The notes: generated by a model not told the origin, from the sequence alone. Numbered from the stretch's first letter, positions 26,737-37,497 are shown. The stretch: 60,746 nucleotides of DNA from a virus (IMGVR_UViG_3300049491_000195:1-60746), one strand, 5' to 3'. A program made the numbers and translations.

Positions 26737-28959
26737 TTATACCACTACTGTTTCCACTACAGGTTCAAAAACATCTACATGGATCTCATCATTGATGCAA
26801 TCCGCATTTGCTCGTCCACCCTTTGTAAGTCTGCCAAACAAGATTTCCTTTGACAGTGGAATCTTGACAAGCTTCTCAAAGAGCCTTTCAAACGGTCTTG
26901 CACCCATCTTTGGATCCAAGCCGTGCTGTGCAAGCCAATCGCGTGCCTGTTGTGTTACATTCAATGTAACATTCTTCGGAGCAAGCAATACCTCAGTCTT
27001 CTCAACTTCAGCGTTGACGATAAGGTTCATCTCAACCAATGTGAGCTTATTGAACCTAACAATGCCGTCCAAACGGTTTCTAAACTCGGGACTGAAGAAT
27101 CGCTTGATCTCCTTTTCCACCGCACCAGAGTTGTCCTGATCACCAAAGCCAATCTTGAGCTTTTCCGCATCGGCAGAACCCAAGTTAGCAGACAAGATGA
27201 TAATGACATTTGAGAAGTCAACGGTCTTGCCCTTAGCGGATGTCAATCTTCCATCATCCATAACTTGCAAGAGCACCGTCATAACATCAGGGTGCGCCTT
27301 ATCAACTTCGTCCAGCAACAATACGCAAGTTGGATTGGTATCAACTGCCTGGATAAGTTGTCCTTCGCCCATTTTGCCCTCACCGTGGCCAACGTAGCCC
27401 GGAGGTGCACCAATAAGCTTGGATACAGTGTGCTTCTCCATGTATTCCGACAAGTCGAAGCGAACAAACTTCACTCCAAGAGCCTTGGCCAGCTGTTTTG
27501 CTGTGTAGGTCTTACCAGTACCGGTTGTACCAGTAAACAAGAACGAACCAATAGGCTTGGTAGGATTACGCAAGCCTGCCTTAGAAAGGAAGATTGCTGT
27601 TGTCAATGTGTCGATTGCTTCATCCTGACCATACACTGCGTTCTTAACACGCGGAGCAAGGTTGGATAAAGAGTCATTTTCCTTCATATCCATCATCTGC
27701 GGAGGAATCTTAGCAAGCTTACTGGCCTGTGTCAATACCAGGTCCTGCGTTACTACTTTTTCCTCTATGAGCTTGGCCATAGCGCCTGCCGAGTCCATAA
27801 TATCGATGGCCTTGTCTGGGAAAAACTTGTTCTTCATATAGCGGTCTGCCAAGTCAACGCAAAGGTCCAGGGAACCTGCTTCAAAGGTAACACCGTGGAA
27901 CTTCTCGTATTGGTAAGCAATGCCTGCCAGGATGAGCTTTGTCTGCTCGGCGGATGGCTGCTCAATGTCGTACTTTTGGAAACGACGTAGCAGAGCCTTG
28001 TCCTTTTCAAAGTGTTCGTGGAACTCGTCGTAAGTGGTTGCACCCACGCACATGAGTTGACCCTTAGCAAGCATCGGCTTCAGCAAATTACCTGCATCCA
28101 TCTGGCTGCCAGTTGTTGAACCTGCACCAAGGATCATGTGTATTTCGTCGATGAACATAATGCAGTTTCCAAGCTTCTTAACTTGATCCAGCACACCCTT
28201 CAGACGTTCTTCAAAATCACCACGGAACTTGGTACCTGCAAGCAATGCACCCAAGTCCAAACTGTAAACAACCTTGTCTTGTAGGGCCTTTGGTACTTCC
28301 TTCTTGACGATCTTGAATGCAAGTCCTTCCGCAAGTGCTGTTTTACCAACACCGGGTTCACCCACATAGACCACATTGTTCTTCTTGCGACGTGCCAAGA
28401 TTTCAATGGTATCCTTAACTTCCTTCTCTCGTCCAATAACAGGGTCGATGGAACCGTCTGCTGCTTCTTTGTTCAAGTTGCGTGCATACATATCCAATGG
28501 GGATTCTTCGGGTTGTCCCGGTGTTCCCTTTTCATCCGACTTACGCAATTGTGCGATGATCTTTTCACGGTTCACGCCATTCTTACCAAGGAAGTAATAT
28601 GCGTGACTTGTTTCCTCACTAAGAATGCTTAATAGCACCGCTTCATTCGTGAGCTCGTTGCGTCCACTGAACACAAGTTGTGTCAGGGCGCGCTGAAATG
28701 TACGTTGCAGGACTGCTGTACGCTTTGCAGGAACATCTTTCAATGCTTCCGGCTTCTTAAGCTCGGGCTGTCCAAGAAACTGAATTACATCAGCTTTGAT
28801 TTTGGCTGGCTGTGCGCTAATGGAGAGAATCAGTTCGTTAACATCCTTCTCATGAAGCAATGACAACAAAATGTGTTCCAATGTAACATATTCGTGATTG
28901 TTATCATTGGCGATCGATACTGCACGTTCGATCATCTTCTCTACTTTCTTTGTACTCAT
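26737..28959 (-). CDS. clpA: ATP-dependent Clp protease ATPase ClpA
   Basis: N-domain HEYVTLEH; two AAA+ modules (GEPGVGKT, GTTGTGKT); IGF ClpP-docking loop; no M-domain. Confidence 0.93.
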   Translation of the reverse strand: MSTKKVEKMIERAVSIANDNNHEYVTLEHILLSLLHEKDVNELILSISAQPAKIKADVIQFLGQPELKKPEALKDVPAKRTAVLQRTFQRALTQLVFSGRNELTNEAVLLSILSEETSHAYYFLGKNGVNREKIIAQLRKSDEKGTPGQPEESPLDMYARNLNKEAADGSIDPVIGREKEVKDTIEILARRKKNNVVYVGEPGVGKTALAEGLAFKIVKKEVPKALQDKVVYSLDLGALLAGTKFRGDFEERLKGVLDQVKKLGNCIMFIDEIHMILGAGSTTGSQMDAGNLLKPMLAKGQLMCVGATTYDEFHEHFEKDKALLRRFQKYDIEQPSAEQTKLILAGIAYQYEKFHGVTFEAGSLDLCVDLADRYMKNKFFPDKAIDIMDSAGAMAKLIEEKVVTQDLVLTQASKLAKIPPQMMDMKENDSLSNLAPRVKNAVYGQDEAIDTLTTAIFLSKAGLRNPTKPIGSFLFTGTTGTGKTYTAKQLAKALGVKFVRFDLSEYMEKHTVSKLIGAPPGYVGHGEGKMGEGQLIQAVDTNPTCVLLLDEVDKAHPDVMTVLLQVMDDGRLTSAKGKTVDFSNVIIILSANLGSADAEKLKIGFGDQDNSGAVEKEIKRFFSPEFRNRLDGIVRFNKLTLVEMNLIVNAEVEKTEVLLAPKNVTLNVTQQARDWLAQHGLDPKMGARPFERLFEKLVKIPLSKEILFGRLTKGGRANADCINDEIHVDVFEPVVETVVV

Positions 28960-28967
28960 TATGGTCC

Positions 28968-29798
28968 TTAAATTGTTATGGAGTCCCTATGAGGCAAACT
29001 CCCGAGTGACGCCTTTTCAGAATCTTTAAGATCTCTTGGAATGGTAATACCTATACGTACCAACAGGTCACCATGCGCTTCCATCTCCGGGTTTTTCATA
29101 CCCATCTTTGAAAGCTTTACAATCTGCCCTGGCTGTATTCCGGCCGGAATATCAAACTGTAATTTGTTACCATCAAGGTGTTCCAACATTGCTTCAATGC
29201 CTAACATTGCCTCAATTGCAGTGATATTTATTTCAACCATCAGGTCATCTAACGCCCGCTTGAATTTTGCATCAGGGCGAACGTCAATCTGATAGAATTT
29301 TCCATTCACGTACAATTTTGTACCAGAACGAATTCCCTTAGGAATAATGATTGTGGTGTGTGAGTCGTGCTTTACAGTTCTACCAATGTAGGCATCCTGT
29401 AAGCTAATATTGATGAGTGTGACAGGTGTGGCACGTTGACGTCCGAAACCACCAGCAGCCTGCGATTTAAAGATTTCATCGAAGACATGTTGCATGTCTC
29501 CAATATCCTCAAATGTCCAAGTATGTGATTGGCCACGTGCTTGGCGACCATGTGCAAACGGATTCTGGCTAGGATCAATATGACCGTGTTGGTCATAGAT
29601 TCCTTTCTTCTCAGGATCACTAAGATGTTCGTATGCTTCCTTGGCTTCCTTGAATTTAGCTTCGCCGGCAGCTTTTTCAGCTTCGGCCAATTTGTCAGGA
29701 TGGTATTTGCTGGCTAGTTTACGATATGCTTTCTTGATATCGTCTTCACTAGCATTTTTTGCAAGGCCCAGGACTTCGTAGTAATCCCGTTTGCTCAT
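28968..29798 (-). CDS. DnaJ-family chaperone lacking the zinc finger (CbpA-like)
   Basis: DYYEVLG...YHPD J-domain plus C-terminal domain. Confidence 0.9.
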   Translation of the reverse strand: MSKRDYYEVLGLAKNASEDDIKKAYRKLASKYHPDKLAEAEKAAGEAKFKEAKEAYEHLSDPEKKGIYDQHGHIDPSQNPFAHGRQARGQSHTWTFEDIGDMQHVFDEIFKSQAAGGFGRQRATPVTLINISLQDAYIGRTVKHDSHTTIIIPKGIRSGTKLYVNGKFYQIDVRPDAKFKRALDDLMVEINITAIEAMLGIEAMLEHLDGNKLQFDIPAGIQPGQIVKLSKMGMKNPEMEAHGDLLVRIGITIPRDLKDSEKASLGSLPHRDSITI

Positions 29799-29805
29799 AG
29801 TGTGG

Positions 29806-29976
29806 TTATTTCTTTTTTAGGTTGACAACACAAACGTATTTGGTTGCACTCCATTCGTATCCTGCGGCAAGGCAGGCTGACCTGTCAGCCGAATGTGCTG
29901 ATGCTAGAAACTCTGCTACACCAATCATTATGGCTAGGCTTATCCCACAAATGATTGCAACTTGAAACCAAGACAT
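29806..29976 (-). CDS. small membrane protein (not in ORF track)
   Basis: Manual translation [26 protein letters not shown]...; start coupled to the infA stop. Confidence 0.55.
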   Translation of the reverse strand: MSWFQVAIICGISLAIMIGVAEFLASAHSADRSACLAAGYEWSATKYVCVVNLKKK

Positions 29977-30194
29977 CAGAAGCGATAGGTGATTCTACCC
30001 AGCGTCAAATCGTAAGGACTTAGTTCAATCTCAACCAAGTCATCAAGTAAGATCTGGATATTGTTTTTACGGATTTTTCCGCTGATAACTGCATTCAAGA
30101 CATGCCCGTTTTCTAGTTTTACCTTAAATCGAGCACCGGGTGATGCGTCTGTGACGCGACCCTTCGTAATAATCATATCGTCTTTGCTGGCCAA
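29976..30194 (-). CDS. infA: translation initiation factor IF-1
   Basis: [37 protein letters not shown]; probable TTG start with GGAG RBS. Confidence 0.93.
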   Translation of the reverse strand: MASKDDMIITKGRVTDASPGARFKVKLENGHVLNAVISGKIRKNNIQILLDDLVEIELSPYDLTLGRITYRF

Positions 30195-30198
30195 GTTA

Positions 30199-30951
30199 TC
30201 AAACTCCGTAATCAAGTTGGGTATTTTTAAGTAACATTACCGTGTCGTCCCTATTGACGCATAGGTATTTTCCGAGTGGAAGTACATTGCAATTGCCCAA
30301 CATGCTTTGTAATACATTAGCCTCATGCGGGTTCTTGCCTACTCCAAAAGCAGATTCGCTTAAGAAGTTCCTTCCAATAACAACATCATAATCGCCCACG
30401 TCAACTACTTCCGCGACGATCTTTCGCTTGTTATGAGTGAGTGTAACAACATTACCTTCTAGAGTCAAGCCCGATACTAAGGATTCTTTGAAGAATTGAT
30501 TGATGCTTTCTTTCATATCTTTCATTTTGAATTCGTCCTTAGGTACATATGCTTCTGGTTGAAGGATGAGGTAATTGAATAGTTCCGGATCGTTATAAGC
30601 GAACGATTGTCCATCCGCCAAATAAGTCTTTACGGTCCAATCCATACTACCGGTTAAGTTACCAACGTCCTTTAACAGGGCCTGGAACTTGTTAGGAAAA
30701 GTATCATCTCTCGACATTTCGACGAAGACGAGATAGCGCCCTTCTTCATCTGTATTGGGACTTACTTCAACATCCAGGGTGTCGATAAACCCTCTTTGGA
30801 TGAATGTATTAAGGTCTTCTGCGGGGTTTTGGTCGTTGAGATAGAAGGCCACCACGATAACGTCTTTTTCATCTCCGGCCTTAGGTTCAAACTCGTCGAT
30901 CGAAACGTCCGGCAAGATAGTACCTGCTAGATCGCCATTCTTTAAGCTCAT
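30199..30951 (-). CDS. hypothetical protein
   Basis: 250-aa ORF in a late operon. Confidence 0.75.
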   Translation of the reverse strand: MSLKNGDLAGTILPDVSIDEFEPKAGDEKDVIVVAFYLNDQNPAEDLNTFIQRGFIDTLDVEVSPNTDEEGRYLVFVEMSRDDTFPNKFQALLKDVGNLTGSMDWTVKTYLADGQSFAYNDPELFNYLILQPEAYVPKDEFKMKDMKESINQFFKESLVSGLTLEGNVVTLTHNKRKIVAEVVDVGDYDVVIGRNFLSESAFGVGKNPHEANVLQSMLGNCNVLPLGKYLCVNRDDTVMLLKNTQLDYGV

Positions 30952-31520
30952 ACTTCTTCCTCTGGAGGCATCTCTTCGCCAGGTCCACCCATATCTTCGG
31001 GTGTAATGTCTTGAGGTGCTTCTGCTTCTGGTGGCTGCTCATCCGCAAATGCGCTTGCTAGTTCTTCGTTGGTATCATCAATGTCTTTCTGGATGATATC
31101 GTCTAGGTCTTGCAATCCGCGGTTGATATACTTAATTGGCAATTCTATTGTCACGAGCCAGACATCACTGTCTACCATTTTTGCTCGCTTACTTTGGGGA
31201 TCAACCCAATCTTCAGGTCCCTTAACTTTTACGGGTCTCTTAAAGATACCCTTTCTAAAATTCACTTTAGCGCCAAGCTTGGTTAGACGCAGTCCGGCAT
31301 TTGGATCTGGCATCATTGCATATGGATACATCCATACAGTTTTGTACCAGTATCTTCCAATTGTTGGGCCTTCTACCAATTCGCCAAGAATCCAATTCTT
31401 ATAGGCGAAGATTTCCGCATTATCTAATGTGCGCTCAAACTCCAATAGGGTGTCCAGAATTGTGTCACCCTTTGAAATTCCCACTAGCGTCTGTTTAATC
31501 GTATCTAAATCGGTAGTCAT
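30948..31520 (-). CDS. hypothetical protein with acidic tail
   Basis: 190-aa ORF after ATAAATA; NW..GELV.GP...RYW, MPDP motifs. Confidence 0.75.
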   Translation of the reverse strand: MTTDLDTIKQTLVGISKGDTILDTLLEFERTLDNAEIFAYKNWILGELVEGPTIGRYWYKTVWMYPYAMMPDPNAGLRLTKLGAKVNFRKGIFKRPVKVKGPEDWVDPQSKRAKMVDSDVWLVTIELPIKYINRGLQDLDDIIQKDIDDTNEELASAFADEQPPEAEAPQDITPEDMGGPGEEMPPEEEV

Positions 31521-31717
31521 TGTTACCCTCTTTTGAGTATTTATCTATAAGTTGTCGGAATCTGAAATTATCGTCTATCGGTGCTCAAACGTTCCATTGA
31601 CCATAAATACCTGGTATGCAAAATACACTCGATACTATTATCGACGTTTCGCAGGGTGGACAGTCCTTGTCCAGCAATCCCTTAACTCCAAAAAAATCAC
31701 ACCGAAGGAGCATAACT

Positions 31718-32476
31718 TTGAGCAAAAATCGCAAAATGGCTTCCAAGCCAGCATCGTCACGTTCAGCACGTTCATTACCATACCGCGCTGAGGAGACACA
31801 ACCCACAAACGTAGTAAAACTAGGCAACCGCAATTACAAGCGAGTCGAAATGATTCCACGTAATACAGCCCAAGAAACTTACGTTGAAGCGTTGCTAGAA
31901 AAGAGAATGGTATTTGCTGTAGGTCCGGCAGGTACTGGAAAGACGTTGCTCGCTGTCCTACGTGCCATTAAAGCACTAAGAGAACAAGAAATAACAAAAA
32001 TCATTCTGACACGTCCAGCCGTGAGTGTAGATGAAAAACACGGGTTTTTACCGGGAGACTTAAATGCAAAAATGGAACCTTGGACACGTCCGATCTTTGA
32101 CGTATTTGAAGAATATTACGGACTACAGGAGACAAAGAGAATGCTTGATGAGGGCACCATCGAAATTGCGCCCCTGGGCTTTATGCGCGGTCGTACATTC
32201 AAACACGCATATGTCATCGCAGATGAAATGCAAAACGCGACGCCCGATCAAACTAAGATGCTCCTAACACGTATTGGTGAAGGAAGCAGCATGATTATCA
32301 CGGGTGACTTGAAGCAACACGATCGTGGCTTTGAGAAGAATGGTCTTAAGGATTTCCTAGACCGTCTAAAGATCACGCCAAAAAGCTCAATGGCAATTTG
32401 TACATTCCAAAGATGTCACATTGAACGAGATCCGCTAGTAGCGGAAGTCCTTGAAATATACGGGGATGAAGAGTAA
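31718..32476 (+). CDS. phoH: PhoH-family ATPase
   Basis: GPAGTGKT, LTRPAV, GFLPGD, FMRGRTF, DEMQN, TGDLKQ; TTG start after AAGGAG. Confidence 0.93.
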   Translation: MSKNRKMASKPASSRSARSLPYRAEETQPTNVVKLGNRNYKRVEMIPRNTAQETYVEALLEKRMVFAVGPAGTGKTLLAVLRAIKALREQEITKIILTRPAVSVDEKHGFLPGDLNAKMEPWTRPIFDVFEEYYGLQETKRMLDEGTIEIAPLGFMRGRTFKHAYVIADEMQNATPDQTKMLLTRIGEGSSMIITGDLKQHDRGFEKNGLKDFLDRLKITPKSSMAICTFQRCHIERDPLVAEVLEIYGDEE

Positions 32477-32480
32477 AAGG

Positions 32481-32503
32481 AAAAGGGCCTAAACGGCCCT
32501 TTT
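32481..32503. terminator. bidirectional intrinsic terminator
   Basis: AAAAGGGCC-TAAAC-GGCCCTTTT between convergent genes. Confidence 0.8.
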
Positions 32504-32716
32504 TTAATGCTTTGAAAGTTCTTTGAGTTCTTTTTTCATGTCGTCAATTGCTTGGCGAATTTCTGCGTTGTTCTTCTTAACGTCTACTGCGTGAGCGTAA
32601 CGCGCATCGGAAAACATTGTACCAGCAACAGTAAAAATAATTGTTCCTGTTGTACCAGTAAGTATCTTTCCGTAATGGTTCTTAAGAAATTGGATTGTAG
32701 TTGATAATTTGCTCAT
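32504..32716 (-). CDS. small membrane-anchored coiled-coil protein
   Basis: TM segment plus DARYAHA motif; paralogue of the next ORF. Confidence 0.65.
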   Translation of the reverse strand: MSKLSTTIQFLKNHYGKILTGTTGTIIFTVAGTMFSDARYAHAVDVKKNNAEIRQAIDDMKKELKELSKH

Positions 32717-33042
32717 CTATCGTCCCTCTTTTGTGCAATTTCATCTAGCTGCCTTTTGTATCTTGCTGCTAATGCTGCATCAATGGGTGATAATCTTTGT
32801 TGAGTTGATTGTTCCCTTTTTATATCTAATTCGAACAACTTGTCCTCCAACATCTGCTTTCGAAGGCCTGTCGTTGTCTCTCTTACCACTTGCTGAATCT
32901 GTTTCTTGTCCTTCTCGACATCTGCGGCATGGGCGTAACGTGCATCGAGCGTGAAAAGGGTTGCCACTAGCGTAATGATAGTGCCGGAAGAACCCAACAT
33001 GATTTTCCATGGATTTTCTTTAATAGTTTGCATTACTGGCAT
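32713..33042 (-). CDS. small membrane-anchored coiled-coil protein
   Basis: TM segment plus DARYAHA; late promoter at 33064. Confidence 0.7.
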   Translation of the reverse strand: MPVMQTIKENPWKIMLGSSGTIITLVATLFTLDARYAHAADVEKDKKQIQQVVRETTTGLRKQMLEDKLFELDIKREQSTQQRLSPIDAALAARYKRQLDEIAQKRDDR

Positions 33043-33087
33043 AGGTTTGTCCTCTTAAGCCAGTATTTATCGCGAATTTTAAAGAAA

Positions 33088-33690
33088 TTAAGTTGGTAGA
33101 TTATACGCCTTACACACTAGATGATAAATTTCTTGCCAAGGACTCTTAGGCCCGACAATATCAAACTTATCAGTTTCATAGTGTGCATTATGATCCTGCT
33201 GGATTAGTACAGTCCGTAGGCCCATTTCATGGCCTTGCTCGGCGTTCTTAATGTGATCCTCAATCCAGAAGAAGCCAGTACCTTCCCAAGACATTAGGGC
33301 AGCTTTCTTAGGCGATCCCATTGCTAGGCAAATAATTTCTAGGAAGTGCGGACCAAAGAGTTTTTCTAGATTCTCTCTTCGATACTTTGCCGCATTGGGA
33401 TGAGAGCTAATGCTTGTGATACAAACGAATTTGAATCCATGTGCAACTAACTTTCCAATGTACTCAACTGCATCTTCGTGAGCTGGCAAATCGGCAATGA
33501 ATGGGCTTTCGTTATACAGACGAATAACCCTATGTGCCTCATCGCTTGATATTCCGTAACGTGCTTCCATTCCGTAATGGTGCTCGGTGCCAGGAATCAA
33601 ATTATAACCTTCACTTGCCATGAATTGTTCAAATCCGGCGAGCCAAGTAACTAGCACGCCATCAGCATCAGTTAGGATAATCTTTTTCAT
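33088..33690 (-). CDS. HAD-family phosphatase (T4 gp30.2 / 5'-deoxynucleotidase-like)
   Basis: ILTDADGVL motif I; WIEDH motif IV. Confidence 0.8.
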   Translation of the reverse strand: MKKIILTDADGVLVTWLAGFEQFMASEGYNLIPGTEHHYGMEARYGISSDEAHRVIRLYNESPFIADLPAHEDAVEYIGKLVAHGFKFVCITSISSHPNAAKYRRENLEKLFGPHFLEIICLAMGSPKKAALMSWEGTGFFWIEDHIKNAEQGHEMGLRTVLIQQDHNAHYETDKFDIVGPKSPWQEIYHLVCKAYNLPT

Positions 33691-34064
33691 ACGTCAAAGA
33701 CAGTTTTCTGTCTAACATTTCCAAAACTGTCAATGAACACTTCGGGACTTTCTGGAGGTGCCACTTGTTGGTCACGATAAGCAGTGTCGAGTTCGTCCAT
33801 TTGCTTTTTGTACTTTGTGCGAATGTATTCTTCAAACTTCTCGTATTCTGTCACACCATGTCTTGCACCAATAACCATCTTTCGGTTGATGTAATCACCG
33901 ATGGCGCTTGCTGTTGAAATGTGCTTATTACGAACTTGATTTACAAACTCAACGTTCTCGGTAACTTCCCACTTGATTTCGTCCTTGTTGTTGCGTCCAG
34001 GATGTGATCCCTTTGCCGGACTATTCAAATGTGTTACAACAATGAATACTTTTTCTTTAGACAT
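33687..34064 (-). CDS. hypothetical protein
   Basis: ORF track. Confidence 0.65.
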   Translation of the reverse strand: MSKEKVFIVVTHLNSPAKGSHPGRNNKDEIKWEVTENVEFVNQVRNKHISTASAIGDYINRKMVIGARHGVTEYEKFEEYIRTKYKKQMDELDTAYRDQQVAPPESPEVFIDSFGNVRQKTVFDV

Positions 34065-34341
34065 TCTTTTCTTCCTTTACGGTATATCTATTAACTTTTA
34101 CATCTTTTCTACCAGCAAATTTAAGTGCCAGAAATGCATCTACCTCACGAGAATACACCAACAAAATTATCCTATTTGTGTCTGTCGCAAGTGCCGGTGT
34201 TACACCTTCAATGTGAACTCCTCGTTCATCAAACACCTGTGTAACCATCGCATTATACTCATCAACAACCTCGATATATGAATCCTTATCCATTGGATAT
34301 TCATATCGGGCATAAATTACTTGCTTATGCTTCTCTTGCAA
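34057..34341 (-). CDS. hypothetical protein (possible member of the E-x-DA family)
   Basis: LVYSREVDAFLALKF. Confidence 0.55.
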   Translation of the reverse strand: MQEKHKQVIYARYEYPMDKDSYIEVVDEYNAMVTQVFDERGVHIEGVTPALATDTNRIILLVYSREVDAFLALKFAGRKDVKVNRYTVKEEKNV

Positions 34342-35263
34342 TTATTTCAAGCTCCACCAGTGTTGCACTCAGGTTAATTTCCAAATCGGAACATAGTGTG
34401 TGATTAACCAAACCATCACGAATCATCAAAATGCAACGATCTTCTTTAGCTGAGTTTCCGTCCGCCCACACATCAAGATTTTCATACATGAAGCGATAGA
34501 TATCTTCGTACTCTTCCTGCTGTACCTGTGTGCAGATCAACTGTCTTGCTTCCTTAAACTTCTTAGATCTAAACAATGCAATCATGTCCAGTCTGTAGTC
34601 CGATACACTCTCGCTACCTTCGCCGGGTTTTTGCAATTTTCCATCTAAAGAATTCGCCTGCGTCATGCTGATGCCCCTACGCAAGTCGGGATAGGTTTTT
34701 TGAACGATTGCTTCTAGCGCATCCGGATCAATCTCTATCTTTTCCTTGTCCAGAATATCCACAAGGCGCATATAGAATTCGCCAGTCTCAAGTTTCTCAA
34801 TATGCATGCGCCCTGTTTCACAGCGCGAATGTATAGCCTGGATGAGCTTGTGTGGATAGTTGCAGGTTAGCAGGAATCGCACACTCGCTGCATACTTTTC
34901 CATTGTGCCACGTAATGTTCCCTGCGCTGACGGAGATAATCCATCTGCTTCGTCTAGGAATACATAGCGGATTTCTCCGTAGCCCATTGTCTCAGAGAAT
35001 TTTGTAATTGTGTCGCGAATATAATCAACACCGTTGTCCTTAGAAGCATTAACTTCCAAAACGTCAAAGGGATTTACACCTAATTCGTTTAGTAGGGCTT
35101 TTATCAGTGTTGACTTACCCGTGCCAGGACTTCCGGATAGGAGCATGTGTGGTAATGCTCCACCAGAGATCCAGCGTTCAATTTGTTTCTTTTGATTTTT
35201 GTCTTTAAAGACGTAACCATCCAGCTTTGGAGGTCTATATTTGTCAACCCAGAGTTCTTTCAC
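34325..35263 (-). CDS. clamp loader ATPase (gp44 / RFC small subunit)
   Basis: LWVDKYRP, GSPGTGKS, NAS, LDEAD, SRC, YPDLR. Confidence 0.93.
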   Translation of the reverse strand: MKELWVDKYRPPKLDGYVFKDKNQKKQIERWISGGALPHMLLSGSPGTGKSTLIKALLNELGVNPFDVLEVNASKDNGVDYIRDTITKFSETMGYGEIRYVFLDEADGLSPSAQGTLRGTMEKYAASVRFLLTCNYPHKLIQAIHSRCETGRMHIEKLETGEFYMRLVDILDKEKIEIDPDALEAIVQKTYPDLRRGISMTQANSLDGKLQKPGEGSESVSDYRLDMIALFRSKKFKEARQLICTQVQQEEYEDIYRFMYENLDVWADGNSAKEDRCILMIRDGLVNHTLCSDLEINLSATLVELEIIAREA

Positions 35264-35288
35264 TGATCAAACCTTTCACGTTTATCTA

Positions 35289-35317
35289 AGTGTAACAGTT
35301 TGATGTAGAAACGTCAA
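35289..35317 (-). promoter_or_regulatory. sigma70-like promoter
   Basis: TTGACG-17 nt-TACACT. Confidence 0.55.
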
Positions 35318-35667
35318 ATTGGTGCGCGTTCGTTTGCTTGGGAAAATACTGAAAAGATTTCTGTCTCCGGATCAGTGTCGGAAACGAGCATAACAGATTG
35401 TGGCCATTCAACGCCCCACAATTGTGTTTCTGACCCGTCATCTTCCTTCACCTTAAGCATTCTCGTCCAGCGACCATTTTCAATCAAAATCCACTGACCG
35501 GGTACAATATCGGTAATGTCGAATCCGACAGAATAAACCTTTCCCCAGCGAGGACGAATGCCTTCACTCTTGCCATTGTCGTCAGGAATAATGATTCCCT
35601 TAACAACTCTAGAACCACGTTCTAAATCGGTAACAAGTACCTTTCCTTTAAGTGCTTTAACTGTCAT
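35314..35667 (-). CDS. GroES-like co-chaperonin
   Basis: VKALKGKVLV, GIIIPD mobile loop, GKVYSVG, IVPGQWIL. Confidence 0.75.
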   Translation of the reverse strand: MTVKALKGKVLVTDLERGSRVVKGIIIPDDNGKSEGIRPRWGKVYSVGFDITDIVPGQWILIENGRWTRMLKVKEDDGSETQLWGVEWPQSVMLVSDTDPETEIFSVFSQANERAPI

Positions 35668-36004
35668 CTTCTTCTTTCATAACAATGTCGCCGCTTGGCA
35701 ACTCTACTTCTATCAAAGGCTTGGCTGGTGCTGTTGCCTTTCCCGGAATTTTCTTAGACTTAGGAGCTTCCAAAACTGCTGGTGCAGCTGGAATTGGTCC
35801 CTTCAATCCTGTGTTCACAATTGTTGCTTGAACGCGATGATTTTCGCGTGCAATCTGATCGGCTGACTTGGTAATGCGGCCGCCAGCGATTTGATCACCC
35901 TTAGCGTTAACTTTCATGTTACCAATTGCTGGTACCTTTTCGTTGTCACGGCGAATAGAATCCATGTCTAATGTTGCGCCACGATATGTTGTATGTCTAC
36001 TCAT
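35657..36004 (-). CDS. hypothetical protein
   Basis: AIGNMKVNAKGD motif; ORF coupled to the GroES-like gene. Confidence 0.7.
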   Translation of the reverse strand: MSRHTTYRGATLDMDSIRRDNEKVPAIGNMKVNAKGDQIAGGRITKSADQIARENHRVQATIVNTGLKGPIPAAPAVLEAPKSKKIPGKATAPAKPLIEVELPSGDIVMKEEDDS

Positions 36005-36016
36005 ATTCTTCTTTTC

Positions 36017-36553
36017 CTATTTTAGATAATCTCTAATGTCAAAACCATATTCCAGAGAGTTTACGCGGTGAACACCAATCAGGAATAGAATGTAGGACGA
36101 TACACTAGAACCGCGCCCTACTCCCCAAATAAAACCATTCTTTCTCATGTAATCAATTAAGTAGATAAACATTCTGAGCAACATGATTAAATCCCTTTCT
36201 TCATAAAGGGCGTATTCCTGTTCAACTCTATCTGTTTCGGCTAACGTCTTACATTTATCAAGTAGCCATTTCTTAACATCTATTTGCTGATAGATCTCTG
36301 GAAAAATCCATTCTTCAGCGCACTTTGCGTGAAACTCGTCAAACGTCAATTCTTCTGCTGGTGGATCAAGGAATACAATTGTTTCCTGGAGTAACTCAGC
36401 CTGGTGTTTTTGGAAGAGCAGAATTTCATCATCCGGCTCTACGTTTAGATGGCTTATACTTTTTCCCTGTAGGAGTAATTCTTTTAACTCGTTACTGGAT
36501 AGTATGGCTTGGCCATACATATTTACTTTTATTCCACCTTCTTTGGTTTCCAC
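36017..36553 (-). CDS. stand-alone fragment of DNA polymerase III alpha (DnaE)
   Basis: R...E...Y...YLIDYMRKNG..WGVGRGSSVSSYILFLIG matches the DnaE G-x-GRGS region. Confidence 0.8.
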   Translation of the reverse strand: METKEGGIKVNMYGQAILSSNELKELLLQGKSISHLNVEPDDEILLFQKHQAELLQETIVFLDPPAEELTFDEFHAKCAEEWIFPEIYQQIDVKKWLLDKCKTLAETDRVEQEYALYEERDLIMLLRMFIYLIDYMRKNGFIWGVGRGSSVSSYILFLIGVHRVNSLEYGFDIRDYLK

Positions 36554-37245
36554 TTTTCCACCTGAACAATTCGAGCTGGTTCTCTTACCATGCCTATGTG
36601 TGTATCGGACATCTCTGAGATTGCTTTCTCAAATTCGTCCATCGGGTCATTAATACCCGCAAAAATCTCTTCGTCCGTTGCTTCTGATTCTTCTGGCCTG
36701 ACAAATTCAAAGCAGAATCCATCGTTTCTTGTCCACCACGGTTCGGAATCTCTACAAGTTCCTTCTGTGTAATACTCTGTTGTCTTTGAGGGTAACTCAT
36801 ACTCACTATCAGGACAATCGTATGTGTATTGCAGTGAAGTATCGCTGGCTTTTAGCCTAATTTCGCCAATCTCCATGTCGGTACCGGCGAGTGTAGATAG
36901 CTTAGAATGAATCAAACGTATGATCAAATCATCGCTGGGATTGCCAGGACAATACATCATAATGTTGGATGAAAGGTTGGCAAGATACAGATCATCTTCG
37001 TTACCTACGTCAACCATTGCAATTGAGGGTAAGTTTGTATCTAACCAGAAATAAAGTTTCTGGTAAACAACTGTGGCCCTGTACTCAATGTCTTCTTTGG
37101 ATTTAGACTTCTTTGCAGTTACAATTAGATTAACCTCTAGGTCCCAATCTACTGGTGTTAGAAATCCTTCTTGAATTCGAATACCGGTAAACTCGTAACT
37201 TAGAGTCATGTAGTTTCTAATGATGTTTTTTCCACGTTTCATCAT
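36529..37245 (-). CDS. hypothetical protein
   Basis: 238-aa ORF. Confidence 0.7.
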   Translation of the reverse strand: MMKRGKNIIRNYMTLSYEFTGIRIQEGFLTPVDWDLEVNLIVTAKKSKSKEDIEYRATVVYQKLYFWLDTNLPSIAMVDVGNEDDLYLANLSSNIMMYCPGNPSDDLIIRLIHSKLSTLAGTDMEIGEIRLKASDTSLQYTYDCPDSEYELPSKTTEYYTEGTCRDSEPWWTRNDGFCFEFVRPEESEATDEEIFAGINDPMDEFEKAISEMSDTHIGMVREPARIVQVEKWKPKKVE

Positions 37246-37248
37246 AGA

Positions 37249-37497
37249 TTAGTCCTCGAGCTTACCTAATTCGATCGGTTTATTGGCATCGGGGAATTTT
37301 CTTGCATACTCGTCATCAACAAGTTTCTGCATTCTTCTGCTTCTTTCATTTTCCAAGTCTTGGATCACTTCCTTGATACTTAATACTGCCGGAGTGTGTC
37401 CTAGAACTTTTTGCATATTCATGAAGGTGTAGGCTTTACCCAGCTTCTCAATAATTTCTTCGTCGGTGAGTTTAGCTACATCTAAAAACGGGTGCAT
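37249..37497 (-). CDS. hypothetical protein
   Basis: Likely start MHPFLD after AAGGA and ATAAATA. Confidence 0.65.
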   Translation of the reverse strand: MHPFLDVAKLTDEEIIEKLGKAYTFMNMQKVLGHTPAVLSIKEVIQDLENERSRRMQKLVDDEYARKFPDANKPIELGKLED

